The translations under genes and the position numbers were made by a program. Shown piece by piece: positions 8,720-16,382 of a stretch of DNA of 25,492 bases. The stretch lies in NCBI GenBank assembly GCA_964494745.1, contig CAZBSU010000002.1:1-25492 (forward strand). The letters run 5' to 3'. Below the pieces are notes generated by a model. It ran no database searches. It saw only the letters and a list, made by a program, of their open reading frames with translations, and was not told where the DNA came from. Each line of letters starts with the position of its first letter. Position 1 is the stretch's first letter. This DNA is from an uncultured Planctomycetales bacterium (GTDB lineage Bacteria; Omnitrophota; Gorgyraeia; Zapsychrales; JANLHA01).

Positions 8720-9241
8720 CTAATTTCTCGGAACGAGCTTGATCTCATTGCCCCCGGATCGGAATATGATCCGGTCCGGCAATATTTCCTTCAAGGTCGC
8801 CTCGCCTAATTTGTCTCCCACCGTTAAAAAGATCGTTTCCCTATCCTGAATGCGTTCCACAACGGCCTGAGGCCTATCCGCGTCAATGACAATCCCGACC
8901 AGGTTAAATTCCTGGCTCAGGTCAAACTCGGGGGTCTTGCTCGGTTCGGGCGTCGGCATCGTCTGGACCGGGGTGATGATCTTTTTTTCATGAGGGACCG
9001 CAAAGATATCCCGGCTTTCAAAAAGGGCCCGGTCAGCCTCGAAATCCCCCGGCACCGGCACGGCCGGTTTCACGTCCGGGAGGTCTTCCTCGAGGGCATC
9101 GTCCGTATTCACGGCGATCAGGGCCGTTTCCTGCGGGACAAAAAAACTATAAACGATCATCAGAACAAGCCCGGCGGCAAGAAGAACCAATAGCTGCGTG
9201 GCTTTATTCAGGACAGAAAGTAACGGACTTTGTTTTTGCAT
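8720..9241 (-). CDS. GspC/PilP-like inner-membrane protein
   Basis: Single N-terminal TM helix, RDIF motif, C-terminal 'L.GIV......AVV.......FL.VGD.....L.EI..D.I' HR-type domain; lies immediately upstream of the secretin. Confidence 0.75.
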   Translation of the reverse strand: MQKQSPLLSVLNKATQLLVLLAAGLVLMIVYSFFVPQETALIAVNTDDALEEDLPDVKPAVPVPGDFEADRALFESRDIFAVPHEKKIITPVQTMPTPEPSKTPEFDLSQEFNLVGIVIDADRPQAVVERIQDRETIFLTVGDKLGEATLKEILPDRIIFRSGGNEIKLVPRN

Positions 9242-9293
9242 ACCTGCGAAATATTCCTGACCCGAGACGGGACCTCAGCCAACATCATCAGTA

Positions 9294-9322
9294 ATTATAC
9301 TTTGCCATATTGGCCCAGTCGA
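9294..9322 (-). promoter_or_regulatory. Putative sigma70-type internal promoter upstream of gspC-gspD
   Basis: On the minus strand TCGACT (9317-9322), 17-nt spacer, TATAAT (9294-9299); a second TTGACT at 9322-9327; AT-rich 150-bp spacer. Confidence 0.55.
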
Positions 9323-9337
9323 GTCAAGTTGTGTTTG

Positions 9338-9373
9338 TGTTATTATAGGATTATTGTTATTTATAGGGTTATT
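9338..9373. repeat. Imperfect tandem direct repeat TGTTATT(T)ATAGG(A/G)TTAT, two copies
   Basis: 9338-9354 tgttattataggattat and 9355-9372 tgttatttatagggttat. Confidence 0.6.
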
Positions 9374-9392
9374 AAAACGCCAAAAGCGGGCT

Positions 9393-9929
9393 TCAGGGGA
9401 TAAGGATTTGTTTGAAGACAAGCTGACAGCGCAGTTTTTCGGCCTTAAAATACTCCCTGCGCAAAGTGAGTTCATCGAGAAAATACTGATAGGGCGGCCC
9501 CTGCATGATGTGGATGAAATGGAGAATATCGGTCAGCCTTCCTTCCAGTGACATGCTGACCGAAAAATGGTTGAATGAATCCACCGTCCTGAGCCGGTCG
9601 GGTTTCATGTCCGTGATCGGCACGCTGATGCGGGCGGAGACGGCCTGGATGTCGGACAACATCTTCGACATAATCTCTTCCGGCGAGTCTTTCTGTTTAT
9701 ACTGAGCCCAAAGCGGCTGATATTCCCGCCGGGCCTCTCTGGCATCCTGGACAAACCGGCGGTGACGCTCCATCTTCTCCTGCGCTATCTCGATCTGATC
9801 CTTGACCGACTCGACATCTCCGCTCAGCCACGGCAAACCGAATTGGAGAAACAGGGCCGCCAGCGCCACCACCACCAGCACATAAGCGATCTTTTGCTCC
9901 CGGCCTGTCCATTTATGTCGTGGCGCCAT
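9393..9929 (-). CDS. GspM/PilO-like inner-membrane platform protein
   Basis: W..RE..I N-terminus, one TM helix, coiled coil, C-terminal ferredoxin-like segment (F.VSMSLEG.L.DILHFI); follows the GspL/PilM-like gene. Confidence 0.8.
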   Translation of the reverse strand: MAPRHKWTGREQKIAYVLVVVALAALFLQFGLPWLSGDVESVKDQIEIAQEKMERHRRFVQDAREARREYQPLWAQYKQKDSPEEIMSKMLSDIQAVSARISVPITDMKPDRLRTVDSFNHFSVSMSLEGRLTDILHFIHIMQGPPYQYFLDELTLRREYFKAEKLRCQLVFKQILIP

Positions 9930-9932
9930 GAT

Positions 9933-11372
9933 CTATCCCCCTGCCTCCCCGGCTTTCAATTGACAGATAATCTTAAACTCCGTGTATTCCTGGCGAAACC
10001 GGACTCTTTGCGTCGCGTATTGCAGGGTGACATCCTGAAAAACCGGCGATTCCACCAGGCGGTTTTGAAAAAGATTGACCTCCCTGCCCGATGCCGCATT
10101 GCCCTGGATCGACAGCATCCCCTGGTTGTCGAGGTTCAGGGTTTGAAAATTGATCTCCCCCGGAGTCAGCTGATACAGCTCGCGGAATATTTCGACGAAA
10201 CGTATCCGTTGCCCCTGCAGGTCGGCAAAAGCGCGCAGGACATCCACCTCCTGTTTAGCGTTATCCGTCAAAGACCGTGCCTGTTTTAACTGTTCCTCCA
10301 CCGCCTGCAAACGCTGTTTGTCCCGGTAAACCTTCGTCCCGAACAAACCGAGGCCCAGCAAACCGGTTATCAGCAACGCAAGAACAAAACGCAGGACAAC
10401 CCGGCGACGGATGCGGGAGGCCTGATTATAGACGACCTCCTGAGGCATCAGGTTGACAAACGCATGCCCTTTCTCGAGCAGGAACCCGATGCTGCGGGTC
10501 AACGACAGCCCTTCCGCCTTCCGCTGGGGAGGCATGCCTAAGGCCTTGTCATAACCCAGATGATCAAACGAGGTCAGGACATCGACCGGGACACGGTAAT
10601 ATTCCTCCAGCTTCTGCGCCATCTGCACCCGCGCCTCCGTGTTGGCGACCACCACGATACGGGTGATATCCGGGCCCATATTTTCCTTGATATAAGCACC
10701 CAAGGTCAACCCGATCTGCTCCAGAAACGCCTCCATCTTATCCTCTACTAGATCACGGGACCCGAAACGAATATTACGGGAAAAAAATAATTTGTCCCGA
10801 TGACAAAAACAAACCTCGGTATTGTCATCATCTACATCCACAAGCATCAAACAGGCGGCGTCCGTCAATTTGGCCACCCTTTTTTGAAAAAGATACCAGT
10901 GCAGGATTCCCTGAGAGCCCAAAAAAAGATGCCGCGGGGTCAGGTTCTGCCTCTGCAGGACTTTTAAAAAATAAAGGACATTCTCCTTCTGAACGACGGC
11001 GATCAAAACACGTGAATATCCCTGCAGATCCTTATCAAGAATAAAATGGCCGAACACGATCTCCTCACGCGGGAAGGGCCCGAGTTGATTGATCTGAAGG
11101 CTAACCATATTTTCGATCTCTTCATCGCTGTGGGAAGGAAGCGTGATCTGTTTCAGGATAGCGTAGCGCCCGGGAATCAAGGCGGCCAAAGAGGAAATAT
11201 TCTTCCCCCGAATCAACTGCGCCAAGGCTCGGTCGAAATCCTGGGGCTGCTGCCCGGCCAACGGCACATGTTCGCAGAGCGTGACCACATGCTGTCCGCG
11301 GGCCCAGCGCAATTCCAGGAGCTTAACATGACTGTCGGTGAATTCAATACAGGTTGTCAGATCTTTTTTCAT
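9933..11372 (-). CDS. GspL-like protein (PilM-like cytoplasmic actin-fold domain, TM helix, PilN-like periplasmic domain)
   Basis: CIEFTDSHVKLLE, LPSHSDEEI..MV.LQ...PF, VNLMP before the TM, coiled coil and PilN-like C-terminus. ATG 11372 (MKKDL) preferred over 11393. Confidence 0.8.
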   Translation of the reverse strand: MKKDLTTCIEFTDSHVKLLELRWARGQHVVTLCEHVPLAGQQPQDFDRALAQLIRGKNISSLAALIPGRYAILKQITLPSHSDEEIENMVSLQINQLGPFPREEIVFGHFILDKDLQGYSRVLIAVVQKENVLYFLKVLQRQNLTPRHLFLGSQGILHWYLFQKRVAKLTDAACLMLVDVDDDNTEVCFCHRDKLFFSRNIRFGSRDLVEDKMEAFLEQIGLTLGAYIKENMGPDITRIVVVANTEARVQMAQKLEEYYRVPVDVLTSFDHLGYDKALGMPPQRKAEGLSLTRSIGFLLEKGHAFVNLMPQEVVYNQASRIRRRVVLRFVLALLITGLLGLGLFGTKVYRDKQRLQAVEEQLKQARSLTDNAKQEVDVLRAFADLQGQRIRFVEIFRELYQLTPGEINFQTLNLDNQGMLSIQGNAASGREVNLFQNRLVESPVFQDVTLQYATQRVRFRQEYTEFKIICQLKAGEAGG

Positions 11373-11414
11373 ACAAATGTCCCAACAAAACAACTTGATC
11401 CGCTGTCTGCCGCC

Positions 11415-12500
11415 TCAGCGTCTGCGCCAGGACAGGATCGTCAAATCATTACGGTCAACCACGGCCTCGATGACCGTCGTGATGCCGCTTTGCGGTTCCT
11501 CGCCGCGAACCCGGATGCGCAGATAACGCGCCGACCTGGCCTGATGCCTTTGCATGCTTAAGGCGATCACCCGTTCTTTCGCATTCAGCGGCATGCTGGC
11601 CAGCTTGACCGGGCGGTCATCGGCAGTAGCGGCCTGGCCGTCATCCCCGCGCCGGTGCATGAGCACCTTTTCCACCAGGCTGTCTGCATCCATAACCTCG
11701 GCATTGGTATAACTTCCGGAGTAATGCCGGGCCACGGCCTGCAGGATCTCATGCGGGGCCGTATCGAAATTAATCCGCAGGGCCCCTCCTTCCGGAATCA
11801 CGGTCAGAAAAGGCCGGACCTGTTCAAATATCTCCGGGGTCACACCCCTGACCGCCGTCAGTTCCTCAACACTGTCAAACGCCCCGTTCTTGCAGGTATA
11901 GGGCCGTTCCAGCGAAAGATAATAATCATTTTCGGCACCATACGCCGGGTTCAGCGGGGCATCATCAATATCCCGCCAGTCCACGACCGCCGTGGCAATC
12001 TCCTCGGCGACATCCTGCTCCTGCCCCAGCAGCATCAACAGGTTGATCAATATCCCGTCATTCTGCGGACCGACCGCATTAAGGTTCAACCGGCTCTGTT
12101 CATCGCCGAACCCGAATACTGCCGTCTTGAGCGCACTTCCACGGCCGATGGGCCGTTCGATACTGAACCGGTTGTCTCCGACCGGGATATCCTCAAATAA
12201 ATCCGCCGGGGTCTTGTCTTGATCAAGAATAAAACCGCAGCGATAAAGGGTATCGCCCTCGGCGCCCCCGGCCAAGCCGTTATCCCGCGCGATCCGGGCC
12301 ATCGCATAGGCCAGGCCCGACAGGGCGGCTGCCCGCGACTGCGTCTTGGCCAAGGCATACCGGGTCAGCTGTATCTCCACGCCGATCTGCCGGCTCAGAC
12401 CGATCGCCATGATCGACAAAATCATCAGAAGCCATAAAACAACAATCAATATTATACCAGAATTATTATTGTGTCTTAGAGAGAAGCGAAAAAAAATCAT
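11415..12500 (-). CDS. gspK: Type II secretion minor pseudopilin K
   Basis: SG-IILIIVLW prepilin helix lacking Glu+5 (typical of GspK), DEQSRLNLN, IATAVVDWRD.DD, FDSVEEL..VRGVT, INFDTAP. Confidence 0.9.
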   Translation of the reverse strand: MIFFRFSLRHNNNSGIILIVVLWLLMILSIMAIGLSRQIGVEIQLTRYALAKTQSRAAALSGLAYAMARIARDNGLAGGAEGDTLYRCGFILDQDKTPADLFEDIPVGDNRFSIERPIGRGSALKTAVFGFGDEQSRLNLNAVGPQNDGILINLLMLLGQEQDVAEEIATAVVDWRDIDDAPLNPAYGAENDYYLSLERPYTCKNGAFDSVEELTAVRGVTPEIFEQVRPFLTVIPEGGALRINFDTAPHEILQAVARHYSGSYTNAEVMDADSLVEKVLMHRRGDDGQAATADDRPVKLASMPLNAKERVIALSMQRHQARSARYLRIRVRGEEPQSGITTVIEAVVDRNDLTILSWRRR

Positions 12501-12527
12501 TTTTTCCCCAACAACGCGCTCTTGATA

Positions 12528-13373
12528 TTATTTGCTTTGAATCACCAACCCGTCTGTCCCTTTTGCGGCTGTGACGCCGGGAATAAAAAACTCCTTATGC
12601 ACGGCCAACCGCCGGCCGTCCTGAGGGAAGACAAATGTCATTTCAAAACGAATCGCGGCCGGTTGACCGAGCCCGATCCATTCATTCTCCCATTCCGGGT
12701 CTTCCTTCGCATCGATAGATTCCCGGCCGGCATATGAAAAAAGCAAACTGTTTTTAAGGATATGCGTCCCGAGAATCTGCTTTTGAACGTCCTGGGCTGT
12801 ATCCAAATCCTGGTAAGGGAAAGGCCGCTCTTCCCGGACTATGAAAACCCAGTCTTCGGCCTGTTGGTCAGACCAGCTTGTCCCGGCGGCAGAGGCCCGC
12901 TGGGCGCGGTTGACCATGACCTGATAGATACGGTTCTGCTCGGGGGGCTCCAGGTAATAGGCGATCTCCCGCAGCCCATTATCACCGGCAACGACCAGGG
13001 AAAGGCTTTGTTCCTGGCCGATAAAGGAACGGTCCAGTTGATCATCCTCGGTCAATCCGAAGATATCCCTCTGGGTGACGGTCACATTCTTTTGCGTCGC
13101 CTCACGAACGATCACCTCCTGCCGGAAAGAGGAACCGAGCTGAGTTTTGTAGCTAACCATATTTTCAAGATCCAGGCTTAGGGTATCGATAATCCCGTGG
13201 GCATCCCGGAACAGGCTTTCCAGGTTTTGCGCCTGGCGATTCAACCGGACAGCATTCGCGAACACGCCATAGACCGTCGTAGACAAAATCCCGAAGATCA
13301 TGATCCCCATCAGGACCTCAACTAAGGTAAAACCTCTGGTCTTGAAAAGGCGTTCTGACACCGGGGTCTTCAT
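12528..13373 (-). CDS. gspJ: Minor pseudopilin, GspJ-like
   Basis: RG-FTLVE prepilin cleavage/methylation motif; position between I and K; C-terminal W...W....P.AIRF. Confidence 0.75.
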   Translation of the reverse strand: MKTPVSERLFKTRGFTLVEVLMGIMIFGILSTTVYGVFANAVRLNRQAQNLESLFRDAHGIIDTLSLDLENMVSYKTQLGSSFRQEVIVREATQKNVTVTQRDIFGLTEDDQLDRSFIGQEQSLSLVVAGDNGLREIAYYLEPPEQNRIYQVMVNRAQRASAAGTSWSDQQAEDWVFIVREERPFPYQDLDTAQDVQKQILGTHILKNSLLFSYAGRESIDAKEDPEWENEWIGLGQPAAIRFEMTFVFPQDGRRLAVHKEFFIPGVTAAKGTDGLVIQSK

Positions 13374-13418
13374 GGCCGCCTCGTCATGTCCTGTTTGATG
13401 TTCATGGTCAGCCCCCGA

Positions 13419-13811
13419 TTAAGGTTCCGTCACCCAGAGTTCGGAGAGGACCTTCTTCTCTTTCCCTCCGGCCGTCCAGCCGATTTCGACGGTCACGGCC
13501 TTCAGCTTATCCAATTCCCGGGCCTGGTCGGCGAGCGGATCCCTCTCCTTAAGGGCATATCGAAAATGCTCATAGGGCTCTTCAAACGGCCCTTGATCAT
13601 CATCGGCCCCCTCGGAGAAGGTCATGAGCTGGGCTATTTTATTATCCAACAACCAGGCCGCCTGAGTATAATCGCGTATATAGCTCACCCCGCGCAGGCA
13701 CGTCATCATTGATGAAATAATGACCGTCAAACTGACAGACAGGATGACCACGACCAGCAAAACCTCGATCAGTAAAAAACCGTACCTGGTTGTCCTTTGT
13801 CTGCGTCTCAT
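13419..13811 (-). CDS. gspI: Minor pseudopilin, GspI-like
   Basis: YG-FLLIE prepilin motif; AA.LLDNKI and V.V.IGW patterns. Start moved to ATG 13811, so the gene no longer overlaps gspH. Confidence 0.75.
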   Translation of the reverse strand: MRRRQRTTRYGFLLIEVLLVVVILSVSLTVIISSMMTCLRGVSYIRDYTQAAWLLDNKIAQLMTFSEGADDDQGPFEEPYEHFRYALKERDPLADQARELDKLKAVTVEIGWTAGGKEKKVLSELWVTEP

Positions 13812-13822
13812 CGAAAACCCCT

Positions 13823-14347
13823 TTATTCCACACGACCGTGGAGAACCAGGACCCGGGCATGCTGATCCTGGGTCGAAAGTGTCAGGCATTGATCCCGGCG
13901 GCATAAAAACAACCGCCCCCCTTCTATGCGGCCGTCCGGATAGAATTCAAACGTTCGCTGAGTCGCTTCCAGTTCAAGCTCGGAAGGGATCATAAATGTG
14001 CGTCCCCAGCGTCCCGGCAGCGGCCTGGTCTCCGCTGCCTGCGTCGAGCCGGAGGCCTGCCCGGAATAAGACCGCAAACGGTAGGATCGCATGTCTTCGC
14101 TGAGGATGAATCGAAGACCTTGCTGATACGCAACCGCGCGCCCCTGGGCATAACGCATCAAGGAGGCTATTTGATTGGTGGTTGATGTCAGGATGATGTT
14201 TCTGAACGAACCGCTGAAGTTCGGGACCGCCATCGCGGCCAGCACACTCAAAATAATCACGACTAGCACAATCTCGATAAAAGTAAATCCCCGGCTCGTT
14301 TGTCGATTAAACGGCAACATCAATCCTGGCGTTTTGGTAGGAATCAC
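13823..14347 (-). CDS. gspH: Minor pseudopilin, GspH/FimT-like
   Basis: RG-FTFIE motif, AVPNF, R.AQ..AV, F.F.PDG; alternative start at ATG 14320. Confidence 0.78.
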   Translation of the reverse strand: MIPTKTPGLMLPFNRQTSRGFTFIEIVLVVIILSVLAAMAVPNFSGSFRNIILTSTTNQIASLMRYAQGRAVAYQQGLRFILSEDMRSYRLRSYSGQASGSTQAAETRPLPGRWGRTFMIPSELELEATQRTFEFYPDGRIEGGRLFLCRRDQCLTLSTQDQHARVLVLHGRVE

Positions 14348-14374
14348 AAAATTTCTTTCGGGATCGGGACGGGA

Positions 14375-14830
14375 TTAAAACGACGCCTCTTCCCCCGTCT
14401 GCCAATTTCTGATATCATCCCCGTTGTCCTGCTCGTCAGGACCCGAAGAATACAGATCATAACTCTCGGGATTGTGTTCTCCTGGAGATTGATATATGTA
14501 GGCGTGCCCCCAGGGATCTTTGGGGATGACCCGTTTTTTGAGATACGGCCCGCTCCAATTTTCCGGGACCGGCGATGAATTGGGTTTTGTCAGCAGGGCC
14601 CGCAGTCCCTGCTCCGAGGTGGGATAGCGGCCATTATCCAGTTCGTACATATCCAGGGCCATTGCCAGATTGGCTTCGATATCGGCCTTGGCCGCGGCGA
14701 TACGGGCCTGCTTCCCCCGGCCGGCGATGTTCGGGATCACCATCCCGACCAGAATGCCGATGATAATCACCACCAGCAGGATCTCCGTCAGGGTAAACCC
14801 GGCCGCCATCAAATATCTTTTTCTAACCAT
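14375..14830 (-). CDS. gspG: Type II secretion major pseudopilin
   Basis: AG-FTLTE motif, LDMYELDNGRYPTSEQGL.AL, W.GPYL, PKDPWGH.Y.Y.SPG, YDLYS.GPD; strong SD GAGGAGG. Confidence 0.96.
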   Translation of the reverse strand: MVRKRYLMAAGFTLTEILLVVIIIGILVGMVIPNIAGRGKQARIAAAKADIEANLAMALDMYELDNGRYPTSEQGLRALLTKPNSSPVPENWSGPYLKKRVIPKDPWGHAYIYQSPGEHNPESYDLYSSGPDEQDNGDDIRNWQTGEEASF

Positions 14831-14917
14831 CGAATCCTCCTCGCTTTTATCCTCATCTTAAATCTTTCCCTTTTATATACCCGCCACCCCTTTTCTTTTA
14901 CCGCTGTGAATGAAGAC

Positions 14918-15035
14918 CAAGCAGAACCAGGAAGTGCCTTGAGGCGAGTTCCGGAACCTCTCGCCTTCATCAAATTCAGGAAAGGCGAGAGGCGTGAGGA
15001 CTGTTTGAGCCTCAAGGCACTTCCTGGTTCTGTTG
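14918..15035. repeat. Nested inverted-repeat (hairpin) element in the gspF-gspG spacer
   Basis: Perfect 24-bp IR 14922-14945 / 15009-15032 (cagaaccaggaagtgccttgaggc), extendable by 3 bp past a bulge. Inner perfect 11-bp IR 14957-14967 / 14982-14992; 10-bp palindrome gttccggaac at 14948-14957. Confidence 0.9.
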
Positions 15036-15074
15036 ACGATTAAATTTGCTCATAGCGTTAATCTTCCATCCTTT

Positions 15075-16304
15075 TTACTGAATAATTAAATTCATCCGGA
15101 AGATCGGCATCAACATGGCCATAACCACAAAACCGACAATCACACCCATAACCAAAATCAGCATCGGCTCCATCAATGACAACATCCTTTTGATAAAACG
15201 CTGCGAACGCCGCTCATAATAATCCGCCAATTTATACAGGCCTTTTTCCGTATGGCCGGACTCGGCGCCCACCGCCACCATGCTGACCACGGTTTCCGGA
15301 AAATATTCATTGCCGGCCAGCGCCGCGGCCAGACTCTTGCCGTCCTGGACATCAGCGGCGACGTTCCGGACCTGGCGTCGCAGGACCTCGTTCTCCAGCA
15401 CCCGTCCGACCGAATCCAAAGCAGCCAGGATCTCGACTCCGCTTTCCAGCAGCGTGCCCAGCGTCCGGGCAAAACGACCCAGCTGGATATCCCGCAAAAA
15501 ATCGCCGACTAAAGGCACCCTTAATTTCAGACGGTCGAGCATGAGTTTGCCTTTCGGGGTCGCATACGCCTTTTTCAAATACAACAAACCGGCGGCTAAC
15601 AACACCAGAAAAAGCCACCAAAATTTGGCAAAAAAACCGCTGATGGCAATAAGCACCACGGTCGGCAGAGGCAGGGCCTGATTCAAATCCTCGAAGATCA
15701 ACGTAATGCGCGGGATGACCCAGGTCAACAGCACAAAAACGGTGATCCCGCCGACAATAACGATCAGGGCCGGATACAACAGGGCCGTCGTGACCTGATT
15801 CCTGACATCCTGATCCCGTTCGTTGAATTCCGCCAAACGGTCCATCACCAAATCCAGATTGCCGGCCATTTCTCCGGAACGGGCCATGTTCACATACAAT
15901 AACGGAAAGATATCCGGAAATTGGCTCAAGGCCCGCGAAAAGGATCCGCCGTCGCGCACAACCGTTATCATCTGCCGAACATCCTCTTTGAAACCGGGAT
16001 GACGCATCTGGCGCTGGACGATGATAAGGGTTTGCAAAAGAGAAACACCCGCGCCCAAAAGATCACTCACTTGCCGGGTGAACATCAGGACGTCGCCCGC
16101 CGGGACGCCGCGTCCCGGGAAAAAAGTCCCGCCGCTGGGTGTCTTCTGGGCCTTGCGGCTGTCGCGTTGGGGTTTTTGCTTGATGTGAATCGGGGAAAGG
16201 CCCCGCTCCAGGAGCTTGGCAACCGCGCCGTCGGAGCTTTCGGCCTCGACCAGACCTTCGACGATCTTTTGGGGGCCCTGTTTGGCTTTATAAACGAATT
16301 GCAT
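15075..16304 (-). CDS. gspF: Type II secretion inner-membrane platform protein (GspF/PilC family)
   Basis: F.YKA N-terminus, FTRQ.S.LL.AG, GGSFS.AL, E.AGNL, ALLYP, RF.RTLGTLL.SGV, GAESG, EP.LILVMG..VGFVV.AML.PIF. Confidence 0.94.
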   Translation of the reverse strand: MQFVYKAKQGPQKIVEGLVEAESSDGAVAKLLERGLSPIHIKQKPQRDSRKAQKTPSGGTFFPGRGVPAGDVLMFTRQVSDLLGAGVSLLQTLIIVQRQMRHPGFKEDVRQMITVVRDGGSFSRALSQFPDIFPLLYVNMARSGEMAGNLDLVMDRLAEFNERDQDVRNQVTTALLYPALIVIVGGITVFVLLTWVIPRITLIFEDLNQALPLPTVVLIAISGFFAKFWWLFLVLLAAGLLYLKKAYATPKGKLMLDRLKLRVPLVGDFLRDIQLGRFARTLGTLLESGVEILAALDSVGRVLENEVLRRQVRNVAADVQDGKSLAAALAGNEYFPETVVSMVAVGAESGHTEKGLYKLADYYERRSQRFIKRMLSLMEPMLILVMGVIVGFVVMAMLMPIFRMNLIIQ

Positions 16305-16382
16305 AAGTGTCTTTTAACGCCGCATGACACACGCCGAGGCGACCTAAAATATTTCTATGCCCCCGGCGCATCTCGGACAACG

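Noticed and set aside
9338-9373. CRISPR-like array
   Set aside because: Only two adjacent imperfect copies with no spacers and no cas genes.
14828-14845. TCGAATCC, resembling a tRNA T-arm
   Set aside because: It is the reverse complement of the gspG SD and start region; no cloverleaf can be drawn around it.
14809-15015. 68-aa ORF across the gspF-gspG spacer (also 9275-9475 across the gspM-gspC spacer)
   Set aside because: Both overlap real genes, run through hairpin or promoter DNA, and lack a convincing SD or family features.
16305-16382. c-di-GMP riboswitch in the gspE-gspF spacer or upstream of gspE
   Set aside because: No GEMM-type GGCAAA / GAAA-tetraloop / GCAAAG architecture is recognisable.
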